Assembly: GCF_009914755.1 (NCBI RefSeq)
Contig: NC_060927.1
Reading direction: 5' to 3' (one strand)
Source: the human T2T-CHM13v2.0 reference genome, Homo sapiens
DNA length: 64,000 nucleotides
The notes under the pieces: generated by a model
Database searches by the model: none
What the model was told of the DNA's origin: nothing
The model's input: the letters and a program-made list of their open reading frames with translations, nothing else
In this document: positions 15,431 to 29,592 of the stretch, piece after piece
Layout of the letters: every line of letters starts with the position of its first letter
Numbering within the stretch: the first letter of the stretch is position 1
Translations under genes and position numbers: made by a program

Positions 15431-16046
15431 TGTTTCCAGAAAAGGGTCCCGATTCAGACTCCAAGAAGAAGGTTCTTGGATCTCGTGTAAGAAAGAATTC
15501 TAGGGAAATCCATAGAGTAAAGTGGTAGAAGCAAGTTTATTAAGAAAGTAAAGGAATAAAGAATGGCTGCTCAGCAGTGTGGGCTGCTGGTTGCCCATTT
15601 TTATGGTTATTTGATTATATGCTGATTAATACAAGGGGTATATTATTCATGAGTTTTCTGGGAAAGGGGTGGGCAAATCCTGGAACTGAGGGTTCCTCCC
15701 CTTTATAGACCTTATAGGGTAACTTCTGATGTTCCCATGGCCTCTGTAACCTGTCATGGCTCTGGTGGGAGTGTCTTTTAGCATGCTAATGCATTATAGT
15801 TAGCATATAATGAGCAGTGAGGACAACCAGAGTTCAGATTTGTCACCATCTTGGTTTTGGCCAGGTTCTTTACCAAAGCCTGTTTTATCAGCAAGGTCTT
15901 CATGACCTGTGTGTTGTGCCAACCCCTTATCTCATCCAGTGACCTAGAATGCCTAACCTCCTGGGAATGGAGTCCAGTAGGTCTCAGGCTTATTTTATCC
16001 AGCCCCTATTAAAGATGGAGTCTCTCTGGTTCAAACGCCTCTGACA
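15431..16046 (-). mobile_element. MER41 (MER41B-like) ERV1 solo LTR
   Basis: Reverse complement begins TGTCAGAGGCGTTTGAACCAGAG...CTCCATCTT...AATAGGGGCTGG, the MER41 5' end; GAS-type TTCTGGGAA at 15656-15664. Confidence 0.85.
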
Positions 16047-16882
16047 GAGGAACGTATTTGCTCTTGCAAGGATCTGCGTTCACTTATGTACATTTTTATG
16101 AGAGCTGTAAAATGAAATGGTGAAAAGGTAGTTTCTCATATTAACTTCCTCATCTGCAAAATGGAGGCAGTCTAAATAGAAAGTGTCAGAGTTGTCAGGA
16201 TCATAAAAGATTAAATATGTGAAAGAATTTTGCACAGTGCAGTAGACTTTGCAAATATATTATATCTCATTAATTGATGCTGTTTATTTGTTATGATTTT
16301 TGAAGACTTAGGTGATATTGTTATTCATTTCCAAGTCAATAATAATGTCCCCAAATATCTTTAAATAACATTTTCTGCTGTCATTTAAAAATACCATCGC
16401 AAAAATGACACTCTAGACTACTTCAATCAGAATCTCTGGATGGGGGTTGTCAAGCATTTGCATTTTTAAGAAGCTCCCCCACCCCCACATTCTGACTCAC
16501 ATCCAATACTGAGAAAAAGACAAAAGGCATTATTTTAAAAATAAGGTTAGTTGGACATTATAAACATCTTCATCAACACATCCCACTTCAACTTCCATCA
16601 GTTGGTGGCATTTTCACTGTTCCCGATTTAACGAAGTAGCTCATATTTTTCTTTCTCAAACTACATGTATCACCTTTTGGGGAGTACCTTACTGTCTTTG
16701 ACATACATTTGATGCATAATACTAAACTAACACATTGATTCTGTATATATGTCACAATCAAGAATAAAGTACTATTAGAAATGTATAGAAATAAAGTTAT
16801 TTTACTTGGGCAGGGAGAAAAAGCTGTTTGAGTTTCAAAGGTTTTTCCTTAATTGTGTTTCCTTTTTTCTTCCCCTCCCCAG

Positions 16883-16902
16883 GTTTTCATTACAAACATT
16901 AA
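16883..16902 (+). CDS. CCDC50: CCDC50 exon 12 coding part (GFHYKH*)
   Basis: Strong pyrimidine tract + AG at 16881-16882; in frame with exon 11; TAA at 16900-16902; matches the recalled C-terminus ...SSHKGFHYKH. Confidence 0.93.
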
Positions 16903-17039
16903 AAACCTAGGAATCTGCCTTGAAAATGGACTCACTATAGCAAATATTACTGGGTGATACAGAATGAATTCTACACTTACTTTTTTTCTCCTGTGTTTGC
17001 ATTCCTGGGATTTATCCTCAAGTGCATTTCTGACCATAA

Positions 17040-19000
<1,961 letters not shown>

Positions 19001-19299
19001 TTGTAATTTTAAAGGAAAAAAACAATGTATTTTTATTTGATAACTAGGCAAAATCATTTGCCATTTTTTATTTCATAAATATTTATTTTTCTATCTCATA
19101 CAATGATCAGTTTTACTTTAAAAATTCTGCATTTCTCTTGCCTCTCATGTACTTCATCCAGTTATTTATTATTGTAAAATGTTAACTGGAGATACTGCAT
19201 TCAAAAAAAAGTCGGACCACTTAACACTTACCAGGAATGTTAGTGTTTCAGCTGTTTTAGTAAGTGACCAAGTAAGCTATCACCTTGTGATAGCTAATT

Positions 19300-20230
19300 C
19301 AACATCTTTATTGAAAATTTGTTACTTTTTTTAAAGGTTTTTAAAAGATTACAATTTTAAAATATTTTATGTTTATTTTATTTTTGTGTAAAGCAAACAC
19401 TTTTTAAATAATATCAGAGTAATTATTACCCTATGAATAAGGAGATAGAAATGAAATTCAGCCAGTTAAATCCTCATACTCTTTCTCATTCAAATAATAT
19501 AATAATGTTTGAGACTATAGAAGCAACTCAACTGTATTTTAATGAACTGCCAGACACTTTTCACTGTGTTCTCTGCTTTTTACTTTGTCATTTTTATATA
19601 AATGTGAAAGCATTTTGTTGTTGTTGTTGTTGTTCCTGCTGCTAGAACACATGCAGTTTAATTTTTAGGCCCACAGTGTATTATGCTTTAATGTTGTGAT
19701 GTAAACTAATACTTCTGGCCTGGGAAAACCTTTCTGTTTCTGTATCTTTGTCCTTTGGAGGCCAGGCCTCATTAACACCAGTATTGTTGAATAAGCACAA
19801 TATATGACGGAGCCTTATCATAAGGCTGCTTGACATAGACACCCACTCTCCTCCACATTTTATAAATCATTGTTTGGAAGTAAAGTTAGATAAGAGTCAA
19901 ATTAAATGTTTTGACTTGAAAAATATTTGACTTTTGCGTTCAAACCACTGTTAGACGTAAGTATTTTATTAGACATAAGTATTTTATTTTGGGACTAGAC
20001 AGTTGCTTTACATGTATTTAAGGGAACATTGTGATTTTCAGAAAGTGGCTTTACATACTATTGAATTGCTATTTCCCAAGTTACTTTACAACCACCAGCA
20101 GCATACCAATAAATTACAAAAGCAGAAAATGAAAATTAACCCTAGGTGTTCTGATGATAGAGAAATAGCTAAATTAGAAAAGAAAGATATGGATAGATGC
20201 TTTTAGGAGGAAAACCTTTTTAGAATGGCA
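19300..20230 (+). pseudogene. EBLN unit 4 (in 3'UTR)
   Basis: ORF 19433 MKFSQLNPHTLSH ~ [14 protein letters not shown]; ORF 20003-20206 HCDFQKVA ~ HPDAIKLA and INPRCSDDREIAKLEKKDMDR ~ [22 protein letters not shown]. Confidence 0.75.
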
Positions 20231-20489
20231 ATGACCACTTGGATCTAGGTCAACATATTCCAAAATGTGTGACCTTGGGCTTTGTGTTTACTGAACTCTA
20301 GAAAATTCTGGACCTGATTCATTAACCCCGCTTTTCTTCTCTAATGTGTCCTGAAGCTGAGCTAGATGATGAGTAAATTCTTTGCTGACTGTTGCTCATC
20401 ACTTTCTCTCAAAGTTAGAACTTTTCAGTATAAAAATAATTAGCTTTTAACTGATTATTAATTTTCTTTAATAGTTTCTGTCAAAACTT

Positions 20490-20880
20490 GTCTAAAATTT
20501 GTGTTGTGCCAAATTGGAAATACCCACTATAATATGGTGCATTCAGTTTACTCCACAAGTGGTTAACATTTTAAGTCCTAGATTTTTGATGTCTTGCCTT
20601 TGTATAAGCATCGCTTTGGGGAATACCAAGATGATTCATTATTCAGTGATTATTTTCTTGAAAGATAACTATGATGATTGGCTGTAAAATCTTCACCCTA
20701 ATAAAGGAGTGAGATCTCTGTGTAAACAGCTTTCTGAAGGACTGATAATAGAATAGAACTTGCAGCCAAAGGCTTTTTCCCTTTTGAGAAGACGGTATTT
20801 GTGTAAGGAGTGCTAAGGTAGACTTCATTGTACATAGAGTGCCATATTCTGTTGAAACGATCATAACAAAATCAAAACCT
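20490..20880 (+). pseudogene. EBLN unit 5 (internally deleted, in 3'UTR)
   Basis: ORF 20499 LEI ~ LEI, SP..LM ~ SPGKEFM, MIHYSVI ~ MTTYTTI; FFPF (20774-20785) ~ LFPF; SAIFC* (20838-20855) ~ SAAFYW. Confidence 0.65.
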
Positions 20881-20949
20881 CATGCTTCAGCAAAAAGGAA
20901 AAAAGATTTTTAAATTACTTTGTCTATTACTTACTGCTCATAGAGAAGT

Positions 20950-22000
20950 GACTATATAAAATGGTCCAATTTTCTCATTTCTGGTGGTGCCTGTGAGTCT
21001 TAAAGCCATATCTGCTTATCTTACTGTTGATAGAATACTTTTTTTCTTTTTAGCCCATGATAAGTAATATGGGCAGGTAGAAGCAAACTGGAGACTGTCC
21101 TGTTAATGCTGCATGGGGCACAATGTCTTTCAAATTATTGGTGGAAGAATCTCTTTTATCCATGGCGAGAGGTAAGAATATTAAAGAGTCAGGATATTGT
21201 TGCTCCTGGTATTTAACAACTGTCATTAGAAATGCTGAAATTTAATTGTAGAGAAGTCAAGAAAGAAAGAGTAAACTGAGAAAATCTTACTACTACAGAG
21301 TCACTTTTACAATGAGACCTGCACTTTATGCCAGCACTGTTTGTGAGGAGCAGTACTGCCTTAAATTAGTTTGACTCTGACTGATGTCAGTGTACGTTAC
21401 TTCCTTTATGTGACTGACAGTCAGCTTTCCATTGAGATATAACATTCACAGATGATCCCCAAGTATCCTTGTCATCAGAAGCTTTGGACCTTTTCTGCCA
21501 CTGACTTGTGGCTGATCTGTAACACAATAAATACATAATTTTATTTCATGTTGTCTGTCCACCTCTGAATAAGCAGTGGCATGACCAAAAAGACTGGTAG
21601 AAGGAGAGAATTTCCTGGCCAAATCCTTCATACCAGGTACCACTTCTTGAGTAACTGTGAGTTGACTGTCTTCTATGGTGACTACATAGAAGATATTTCC
21701 AAAGGTTCTGTTATGCAGTGAAGACATTCAGATTATTTGTAAGAATTTCACCAACACCCTTGTGTATTGAAATGCTTAACCATTAACAGGGAAAAAAAAG
21801 GAGAAAACCGAACAAAACAGAGACATTTACTTGAAATGGGAGGTTTGCTAATGTGAAGAGTGTTTCTGTTTTATTACTTATAAGAGAAAAGCAGGAAAAC
21901 TTTTGCTTTGATAAGAAAGACACCAGAGTGGTGATTCTATTTGATGCCACAGGCTAACACAATCGTGTAATCATGTTGAGTTGTAGAAATATATGGCCCT
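20950..22000 (+). pseudogene. EBLN unit 6 (in 3'UTR)
   Basis: ESLLSMARG (21147-21173) ~ ESYLSTPVTRG; FMLSV (21545-21559) ~ FVLSL; REFPGQI (21605-21625) ~ KEFMDQI; RHLLEM ~ RDFLEV near 21820. Confidence 0.72.
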
Positions 22001-22199
22001 AAAAACCATTCTCTTTCCCTTATATATATAAATATGTGAACACTGCCTAGTAACATTTTAATAGATTTAAGATGCATTTGTACATTCTCAGCAAACTAGA
22101 AGAAAATGTTTTTTCTCTTTTTGAGTTAACTTCATAGCATAGAGAACCAGCACTGTGCAGGTTTCAGCATTTCAGATAAGGGCATAATTAATTGTGTAA

Positions 22200-22620
22200 C
22201 TTAATGCCCTGTTATTCATTGCTGAGGTTCATATAAAGAATAGAAAAATTGAAAGATGGGTTTGGGCGACATTTTCTTCCCAAAAGATCAAGTAAGGAGT
22301 AAGAACAAGTAAGGGAAGACAGCTAAGAGAACATACTATGACATATCATAGAATTGGGATACATTTTTGTTGCACTGGATTTCAGGCTATACTGCTAAAA
22401 TAATTTCTACCTGTTAAATTTTGTGAGAGGCTTTTTGACATCAGAATTTTTGTATTTCTGGTCAAATTGGTCTTGGAAATCCCTATGGTCTCTAATTTCA
22501 GCTCTTGCTGTAAACTGCAAGCCAAATGCTCTTTCTCAGAAAGAGCTATATTTTTCTCTTCTTACAGGCAACCCAATATTTATTTCATAAAGTGTTATAA
22601 ATATTGAGAAGATACACTGG
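22200..22620 (+). pseudogene. EBLN unit 7 (C-terminal half, in 3'UTR)
   Basis: DQVR (22286-22297) ~ DQIK; TYHRI (22341-22355) ~ TYTTI; VRGFL (22423-22437) ~ IRDFL. Confidence 0.55.
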
Positions 22621-22679
22621 GGAGATAGCATATAAAAATGATGCTCCAAAATGAGAATTCTATATGGGGCTTTCCCTAA

Positions 22680-23400
22680 GAAGAATCCATCCCAGCACAT
22701 ATTTTGAAAAGGTGCTGAATTAAAAAGTACAAGAGTTTGCTCATATAAATCAAGTTGCCCAGGAAACCTGAGGTGATGCTATCATTTGTCTCATAATTTA
22801 GAAACGTGATCTCTTGAGAGAGAGACTACGCATTGCCTGGGCACTTTCAGATTCCTTAGGAAGTGCCCCTTTGATATTTGGAATGTGGATATATTTATAA
22901 AACAAATGGATTGTTATTCCAAATCCACATGGATTTATAACCAAGCCCCAGAAGAATAGGCAGCTTTGAAATAGCTAGTTCGTGGAATTGAACAGAACCT
23001 TGATGGAATGCAGTTGCCTGTGTGAGGACAGAAAACAAAGAGGCTGCCTCAGACCACATGCCTATCTAGAGATTAAGTGAATTTGTGAGGGACATTTTGT
23101 GGATGCCTTAAAGATGACCAGTGGTGGGTTCTGATGGGAATATATACACTCATCTGGACTAGGCCAATGGAAGCAGTCTCTTTCAGTTCACCTCCGTACA
23201 GCACAAGTTGTTCCTGCTCATGACCTCATTGAGGAAAATGAGAATTGTGGTGCTGGTGACTTTCATGTGTCTTGGGAGGTTGAGGTGTTCAACATCGTTA
23301 AGGCACTCCCAAAACGCAAACCTCCTTTTTTAAATGCCAATTGTACATCTACATTAATTCATCTATGCAAACTTGTGTTTTCATGGTTTGTTTTTTACAC
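22680..23400 (+). pseudogene. EBLN unit 8 (in 3'UTR)
   Basis: HPSTYFEKVL (22688-22717) ~ HPGIGHEKDI; ICLII (22784-22798) ~ LCLLI; FVDALKM (23096-23116) ~ FMDQIKL; MGIYTLI (23134-23154) ~ MTTYTTI; RKMRIVVLVTFMCLGRLRCSTSLR (23232-23303) ungapped to [24 protein letters not shown]. Confidence 0.82.
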
Positions 23401-23544
23401 TATATTTCTCATTAGGTTCTTTAAACATCAGGTTTAATATTGATATTATGAATAATTTTTAAACCAAAGTATTCTATAAGTCTGTGTGCTTTGTTTTCCT
23501 GGATGGTTTGACCAAGGTAAACATCAGTCTTGTCCTTCTCTCTT

Positions 23545-23550
23545 AATAAA
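23545..23550 (+). terminator. Candidate polyadenylation signal
   Basis: AATAAA with downstream U/GU-rich tract (tgtttttgttttgttt). Confidence 0.6.
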
Positions 23551-23777
23551 GTCATCCATTTGTTAAGTCAGTGGTCTCTGTCTCATGTTTTTGTTTTGTT
23601 TCTTTACAGCATTCAAGGACAGGGAAACTTACGAGAGTCTTATTATAATTATTATTATTTACAAAATGACCCTAATAGGTCTGTTTAGTAACAGTGAAAT
23701 TTTTTCTTACTCCATTTCCATACACTTTCTGTAAATATGTATAACATGATAATGATGCCTGGTGTATTGAAATCCTC

Positions 23778-23783
23778 AATAAA
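23778..23783 (+). terminator. Candidate distal polyadenylation signal of CCDC50
   Basis: AATAAA with downstream ttttgtgtgtggtgtttcgtggtttg. Confidence 0.7.
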
Positions 23784-24499
23784 TACTGCCAAGTGTGGAT
23801 CAGTTGGAGAAGTAGCTTTGTTTTGTGTGTGGTGTTTCGTGGTTTGATTGATATATTTGGGAGGAAAAAAAACAGGTAAGTGGATGTTCACACAATAATT
23901 CCAGTGATTAAAGACCCCGTGCACAACTCTGCACTATACCTGACACCTTGTGGACACTTCAATGTATTTTGAGAAATGGATATTAATAACTGATTTATTC
24001 AATATTTTACCTTCATAAGAATTTTTTTTTTCTTATTTGGTTTGATAGAATAGCCACAATGTAGGAAATGATTCTGCAAAAATTAGGTATCTTAAATATA
24101 ATATTTTCAATGACTACTAAATTTATTTTTAAAGATGTCACTATTTAGCCACCCCTACAGTAGATTCTCTAGGCCTCAGATTCCTCTGTGGCAAATATAG
24201 CAGGAAATCTAAATGATTTCTGTAGTCTCTGCTAGATCCTGAGTAGTACCAGTGATGTGCAGGTGATACTGTGTTATTTAGTTGAAGATTAGTATGTTGA
24301 TTTCAACCTTTGGTCTCTAAATAAATACTAAAGTTGCCAGTGGAAAAAGTTGATGCATCTAGAAGCCAACTAAAAAATTAAATATGCAAGTAAAACAGAT
24401 CCCTTTAATCTGTGGTAAGAGGTACTCAAGGTGATAGGGTGGTTTATGGGGAATATGACTTGAGTCTGATTGTCAGGCTATGGCCATGTGGCCATGTGA

Positions 24500-24832
<333 letters not shown>

Positions 24833-25519
24833 AGTTCCTTCTTACAACAGCTAAGAGACCACTATCTACCTCGCACACCTTCGAAATTTGGTGAAACCTT
24901 TAAGAGGGTTTTGGACTACTACAAATCCTAGAACCATGGTTTCAAGACAATTTTGCCCCCATTTCAAGGGCAGGAAGACCAATGCCCCTCCTCCATTGTG
25001 TTTGGGTATCATGCTTAAATGAACGAACATAAACTAAAGGCTGCTGCGAAATCAGTGTACTAAAGAAATCTACAGGAATGAGATACGGGGTCCTAGTCCA
25101 GGTTTTGCTATGAGCTTGTTTCAGGACCTTGGGACATCATTTATCCTGCTGTACCTCAGTTCACTTGCCTGAAGCACTACTTCAAGTATAACATTTGAGG
25201 ATTCCTGCGGTCAATGGCTGCTGGTTTCTTTTAAGATGTTGCCAGGAAGAGAGCAGCTTTATTCACTGCTGGGTCCTGTAAAATCACAAAGACTTCCTAG
25301 GCATTCCATCATGAAAGACAACCATGATCTTTTGTTCTTTACTGCAGTATTTTGCTACTTCTGTCTCCACATCCAGTAGATTGTCATTAACTTGTTATGT
25401 GTTTTTCTAACCAATACCCATCTCTACGTTTTATTCCCAAGGCTGAAATTTGAGCCTCTTTCCTCAAATGGTCTTCGGATGTTCTTGTAAATTAACTCCA
25501 CTAGTATGTCTTGCATACC

Positions 25520-25930
25520 ATACTTCCAGGACACACCCACTTTTCTTATCGATTCCTCAGCCTAATGATGCAAATTTGGTTTTGATCATGTAGATCATAA
25601 CATACTCTTAAGTATGCCTGCCACTTTAAAGTATTTTGTGTCATTACCTGATCTTTGCCATCACTAGCAGTGCTCTTTGTGCCTAATCTTTTTGAAACCT
25701 TTCCTGCTGACCTGTCCATCCCTCATTCCCTCACATCCCTGACCAGGCTGCAGGGGCTCTCAAACACAGGTAAATCTGTCATTGACTCTATAAGGGTTTA
25801 TGTATATATGAAAATGGACTTTTCTGGCCTGGACAGTACCAATTGGTGTATATCAGTTTTTTCTTTTATGGATTATTATTTGGTGCCAAACCTGAGAGCT
25901 CTCTAGCCCAACATCCTGAAAATTTTCTCC
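25520..25930 (+). pseudogene. EBLN unit 10, N-terminal half
   Basis: ORF 25655-25906: LFVPNLFETF ~ LLIPGLHAAF, SVIDSIRVY ~ TVVKTAKFY, MDFSGLD ~ RDLTELE; shifted frame GLLFGA ~ GVVIGS. Confidence 0.75.
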
Positions 25931-26589
25931 ATTTTGGAGTGGATTTTTGTATAAAGTGTGAAGGTTTAGGATAAGGTTTACATATTTTGCCTGCATGTTC
26001 AATTGCTCCAGAAGAATTTTCCTGATATCTTCTAAAAATCTCCCATTTCTAGTTTGATTCTGCATGATTCCAATTTCATTAAATTTGTTGAAGTTTGTTT
26101 TATGGCCTGGGATATTGCCTATTTTAGTATATGTTCCATAAGCACTAAAAAGCACATGTGTTGCTGTTGGGTGGAGTGTTCTATATACTCACTCTCCTTG
26201 ACTTATGTTGGGGTTATGTCTACATAAACTGATTAAGTTGAAAGTGCCTTTTCAACTTAATATTTTCAATTTATGATGGATTTATCCAGATGTAACCCCC
26301 TCCTCATTTTTGTAATCATATTCAGATTACATTTATCCAGATGTAACACCATTGTCATATAGTCAGGGGCTATCTTTATGTTGATTAGATCTTGGTCAAT
26401 GGTATTGTTAAGTTTTTCTATATCCTCACTGATTTCTGTCTAGTTATTCCATCAGTTGCCAAGAGAGGTGTTGAAGCCTCTACTTCTGGATTTGCCTATT
26501 TTTTTATTTCAGTTGTTATCAATTTTTGCTTCACATATTTTGCAGCTGTCATTTGATACTCTATATGTGTATGTGTGTATGTATATATA

Positions 26590-27170
26590 TGTATATAGCA
26601 GGGTTCTCCAAAGGGACAATTAATAGGATATATAAATATGAAGGAGTCTATTAGGAAGAATGGACTCCCATGATTATAAGATGGAGTTCCACTATAGGCC
26701 GTCTGCAAGCTGGGGAAGAGAGAAGCTGATATCGGCTCTGTCCAAGTCCGAAAGCCTCAAAACCAGGGAAACTGACTGCAGCTTTCAGTCTGTGGCCAAA
26801 GCCCAAGAGCCCATGGTAAGCCACTGGTACAAGTCACAGAGTCCAAAGGCGGAAGAACCTGAAGTCCAATGTCCAGGGGCAGGACAAGTGAAAGGAAGCA
26901 TCCAGCAGGGGAGAAAGAAGGCAGCCAGAAAAGTCAGCAGGCAAAGCTTATCCCATCTTCTTCCACCCGCTTTGTTCTAGGCTCACTGGCAGCTGACTGG
27001 ATGGTGCTCCCCCATATTGAGGGTGGGTCTTCCTCTCCCAGTCCACCAACACAAATGTCAGTCTCCTCTGGCAACGCCTTCACAGACACACCCGGAAACA
27101 CTTTACCAGCCAGTTACGTATCCTTCAAGTTGACACCTAATGTTAATCAGCACAGATGCATACACATTTA
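26590..27170. mobile_element. MLT2-type (ERVL) LTR
   Basis: gggttctccaaagggacaa...gtctgcaagctggggaagagagaagc...caagttgacacctaatgttaatcagcaca. Confidence 0.75.
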
Positions 27171-27199
27171 GGATTGTCATGTCTTGGTGGAGGGATCAT

Positions 27200-27532
27200 T
27201 TTACCATGGACAGGTACTGGTCCTTGGCCTGTCAGGAATCAGGCTGCACAGCAGGAGGTGAGCAGCTGGCCAGTGAGCATTACCGCCTGAACTCCGCCTC
27301 CTGTCGGATCAGCAGCAGCATTAGAGTCTCATAGGAGCGAACACCTTACTGTGAACTGTGCACGTGAAACATCTAGGCTGCTGGCTCCTTAGGAGAATCT
27401 AATGCCTGCTGATCTGAGGTGGAACGGTTTCATCCCAAAACCATCTCCTCCCTGCCCGCCTACCCTTGTCCATGGAAAAATTGTTTTCTACAAAACCAGT
27501 ACCTGGTGCCAAAAAAGTTGAGGACCACTGGT
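27200..27532. mobile_element. MER1 (hAT-Charlie) element
   Basis: ggtactggtcc...gcacagcaggaggtgagc...tggtgccaaaaaagttgaggaccactg. Confidence 0.8.
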
Positions 27533-29592
27533 TTTGAAAACTTTGTAGTTTTCTTAGTCTGATATACATGAGAGAACAAGAAAACCCAGGGAAACCATGT
27601 TCCTTAGGTTCCGAAGTTCCTTGACTTATTTATTTTTTATTGAGAGTCTTATGTTGGTTTTATAATATGATGTTTAGGTGTTTTAGTTGTATTTAGTGGG
27701 AGGGATAGGGAAAAGTATGTCTATTTTATTTCCTAGAAATGGAAGTCTCCAATATTTACATATTTTAATCTCTCATTTTAATTAGGCTTTGAGATTTATT
27801 TCACTAGGAATTCATTGTGATGTAGTTTTATTTTCTTTTATTTCTGCCTATGCTATTTATTAAACAGCCAAGTCATTTTTTATAGATTTGAAATCCACTA
27901 TTGTAATAGTTCTAATTCTGTACATTTTCTGTGTAAAAAATTCTCTTACCTTTGTCTAGTGCCACATTTCAAATTACTAAATTAATGTCTAGTGAAACAT
28001 GTTCCTTTTTATTACTCTTTCAAAAAAGAAATCTATGGGTATTATTTCATATTCCTCCAATGGAAAATTAAAGCTGTTTTGGCAATTTCTTTTCCTTTTT
28101 TTCTTTTAGTGTGTTCTGCATTTATTTATTTTGCTGGTGTATTTTTTATTATGCAATCTGCATAAAAAATTATGAAGTTTTACTATTTTAAGTGTACGAT
28201 CCAGTGATATTAATTTTATTCACAGTGTTGGTCATTACTATTAGTATTTCCAAAACTTTTCAGTCACCCAAAATATAAACTCTGTACCCATTAAGCAGTA
28301 ATTCCCCATTCTTTGCCTTCCCCAACTTCTAGCAATGTAACCTGTCTCTATGAATTTGCCTGGTTTAGATATTTCATAAAGGTGGAATCAACCTACTTCT
28401 CCTTTCATGTCTGGCTTGTTTTACTTAGCATACTGTGTTCGAGGTTCACTCATGTAACGTGTTTTGGCAGTTCATTCCTTTTTATGGCTGAATATTCTAA
28501 GTATATATCACATTGTGTTTATGCAGTTATCTATTCATAGACACTAGATTGTTTCCACCTTTTGGCTATTGTGAATAATGTTTAATTGTAGTACAAGTAT
28601 TTGAGTCTTTATTTTCAGTTCTTCTGGTTATATATGTAGGAATTGCTGGGTCATATGGTAACTCTCTGTTTAACTTTTGGAAGAACCACTAAACTGTTTT
28701 CTATAATGAGTGCACCATTTTACATTCCTATCAGCAGTTTCTCCACATCCTCATCAACACTTGTTCTCTTCTCTTTTTTTCCCTGATAGTCATCGTAATT
28801 GTGTGTGAAATAGGGCTCTAACTTCATTATTTTGTATCTGGAAACCTACTGTATGTCTCAGCACTATGTGTTGAAGAAATTTTCTTTTTCTCATTGAATC
28901 AACTTGGCACCTTTGAGGAAAACCAATTGGCCATAAGTTTGTGGGTTTATTTCTGGACTTCAGTTCTGTTCCACTGGTCTATATGTTTAGCCTTATGCCA
29001 CTACTACACTATTTTGATTACTGGAGCTTTGTAGTAAGTTTTGAAATTGGGGATTGTGAATCCTCCAGTGTTTTTTTCAGGATTATTTTGGCTGTCAGGG
29101 GCCCCATTGCAATTCCAAATGAATTTTAAGATTAGCCTTTTCATTTCTACAAAAATACTGTAGCAATTTTGATAAGGATTGCATTGAACCCACAGGTCTT
29201 TTGGGTAACATTGCCATCTTAACCATATTGAGTTTTACAATCCATGATCATGGAATGTCCATTTATGCTATTTTAATTTTTTTCAATTATGTTTTGTAAT
29301 TTATTGTGTATTATCTTTCACACCTGTGGTTAAATTTATTCCTTATTATTCCTTGGAATATTAGAAGCTATTGTAAATGGAATTGCTTTCTTAATTTCCT
29401 TTTTTGTTTGTTCATTACTAGTGTATAGAAACAATTGATTTTTATTTATTGATCTTATAACCTGCAGCTTTGCTAAATTCACTTATTAACTCCAGTATCT
29501 ATCTTGTGGATTCGTTGGGATTTTCAATATATAGGATTATATCATAGGCAAACAGAGGTAGTTTTACTTCTTCCTTTCAAATTGAGATGCTT

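Larger units (their letters stand above)
15330..17000 (+). pseudogene. EBLN unit 1 (degenerate bornavirus N), spanning intron 11/exon 12
   Basis: PHNFYAKEK (15346-15372) ~ PHPGIGHEK; PDLTK*LIFFFLKLHVSPFGEYL (16622-16690) ~ [23 protein letters not shown]; YVTIK (16748-16762) ~ YTTIK; VFPFFFPSPGFHYKH*KPRNLP (16855-16920) ~ [22 protein letters not shown]; YYW (16945-16953) ~ FYW. Confidence 0.75.
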
